Positions 62,761 through 64,000 of a DNA stretch of 64,000 nucleotides are shown in pieces. The position numbers were made by a program, and so were the translations under genes. The notes below the pieces were generated by a model. It was given only the letters and a program-made list of their open reading frames with translations. It was not told the origin of the DNA and made no database searches. The DNA lies in the NCBI RefSeq assembly GCF_021869535.1, contig NW_026262701.1, positions 113,708,001 through 113,772,000 on the forward strand, given 5' to 3'. Position 1 is the stretch's first letter, and the number at the start of each line of letters is the position of its first letter. The DNA is from Mytilus californianus. Taxonomy: Eukaryota.

Positions 62761-63601
62761 TAGTTTTCTTGCGAAAACCAGCGACGGACCCTTCGAATAT
62801 TAGCAGTTGCTGCAAGTATTCCTTGCAAGAAGAAAGCGTGAAACTCTCCTTACTATTAAAAGGCATCGAATTTAACTTCCCTATTCCGACCAAACGCGGC
62901 TGCGTATTTATACACCCTCATTGTGTTTTACTTCAACACGACAGAAGTATTTTTATTCTCCAGACAACCGGCACAGTGAAGCGGACGCCCTTCGTGGTTT
63001 TTTCATGGAAAAAAATCTAGGTGACCAGATTTCTAAACCCGATTCAACCTTTGGGATGATCTTGTACTATTATTGTATTGTTTTTTTAGATTTCCAAACG
63101 TTTGTTTTGATATATAAGGATCATTTTCAAAACATGGCAATATTCCTGATAGTGATTTGAAATAAACCACCACTAACTGAATTCAATTTTAATCTTACAT
63201 ATAAATTCTCCAACGTTTACATGAAAAAATATAAAATATGCAATCTTAATGATGAAACTTCAAAATATAATTTTAATGCAAATAAAATAATTGGGAATAA
63301 ATGAATGTCAATTATCATAAGAATTCTGCTTATAGCTTTTTGTCTGGTATTGTGTGGCTGGGTTATGTGGGGGAAAAATCGGCAAATTTTCCTTTAATTG
63401 ACTAAAAATAAAAACAAATTATAACTGACTAGTTTTATATACAAAAAATTAACGTTATGCGTTCTATATCTACGATGTATAGACTATTTCTCTTTGGTTA
63501 ATTGTAACATGATTTCTTCCAAAGTAGTGAGGCATATTTGTATATAGTTTAAGACCCGTCTGTCAGCAATTTCCGTTTCCTTATGCTTACTCAGATACTA
63601 T

Positions 63602-63746
63602 CAGGGGCAGATCCAGTCATTTTTAAAAGGTGGGGGGTCCCAACCAAGGATAAAGGGGGGGGGGGGGTCCAACCATGTCCCCATTCAAAAGCATTGATCG
63701 TTAAAAAAAGGGTGGGTCCCGAACCCCTCCCCCGGGTCCGCCACTG
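63602..63746. mobile_element. Short MITE, same end type as 1779-1886
   Basis: caggggcagatcc ... gggtccgccactg. Confidence 0.65.
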
Positions 63747-64000
63747 ACTTTTTATCGGAATGAAACGTTACTTCACAATTATATAATGGAAAAACACAGG
63801 ATATGGGGTATCAATCCATGACAAAAAGTCAGTACATGCACAGCAAAAAAAACACACAAAAAGCAATGGAACAGCGCTTTTAGTGCTGTTCTTCGTCTCA
63901 AAGTCACAGTGAGTCTTCAACATGGAGCAAAACTATATAGTCGATATAATGAAAGGAAACTCTCTATTGATTTTAAGGTTAGGGACAAGGTCATAGTTAC

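Noticed and set aside
61530-63160. Decayed coding sequence (possibly Ig-like) around the 24-bp repeat
   Set aside because: Composition is slightly coding-like, but no consistent frame or recognisable motif was found. A translated profile search would be needed.

Overview
AT-rich eukaryotic DNA, most likely from a bivalve mollusc (Mytilus-like repeat families; this is an inference). There is no prokaryotic or CRISPR content, and most ORFs in the supplied track are spurious or repeat-derived. The window holds three apparently intact genes. The first is a 4-exon caspase (41905-46813, +; 321 aa, SHG and QACR-I catalytic motifs) that the ORF track only shows in pieces. The other two are GT31 beta-1,3-glycosyltransferases of the brainiac/BRE-5 type, each with a single coding exon (26164-27597 - and 51184-52272 -). 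A ~17-19 kb segment carrying the caspase plus one GT31 gene occurs twice (A 458-19170, B 40933-57850). In copy A both genes are dead: the caspase lost exons 1 and 4 at transposon-associated deletions and has a +2 frameshift, and the GT has a 314-bp deletion, two nonsense codons and a frameshift. A second duplication pairs 19345-23985 with 32320-34465. Other notable items are: a minimal type I hammerhead ribozyme in a terminally redundant 539-nt unit, with a circularly permuted G5A-mutant relative in the opposite orientation at the paralogous site; a decayed herpes-tegument-type deubiquitinase ORF inside a 4.35-kb Helentron-like insertion; a GT31 stem made of 15 nine-residue repeats that each carry an N-glycosylation sequon; a 2-kb 21-bp minisatellite with a 315-bp higher-order duplication; and many SINEs, MITEs, HINEs and Penelope/LINE fragments. 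Coordinates of degenerate repeats are approximate and identities were judged by eye.
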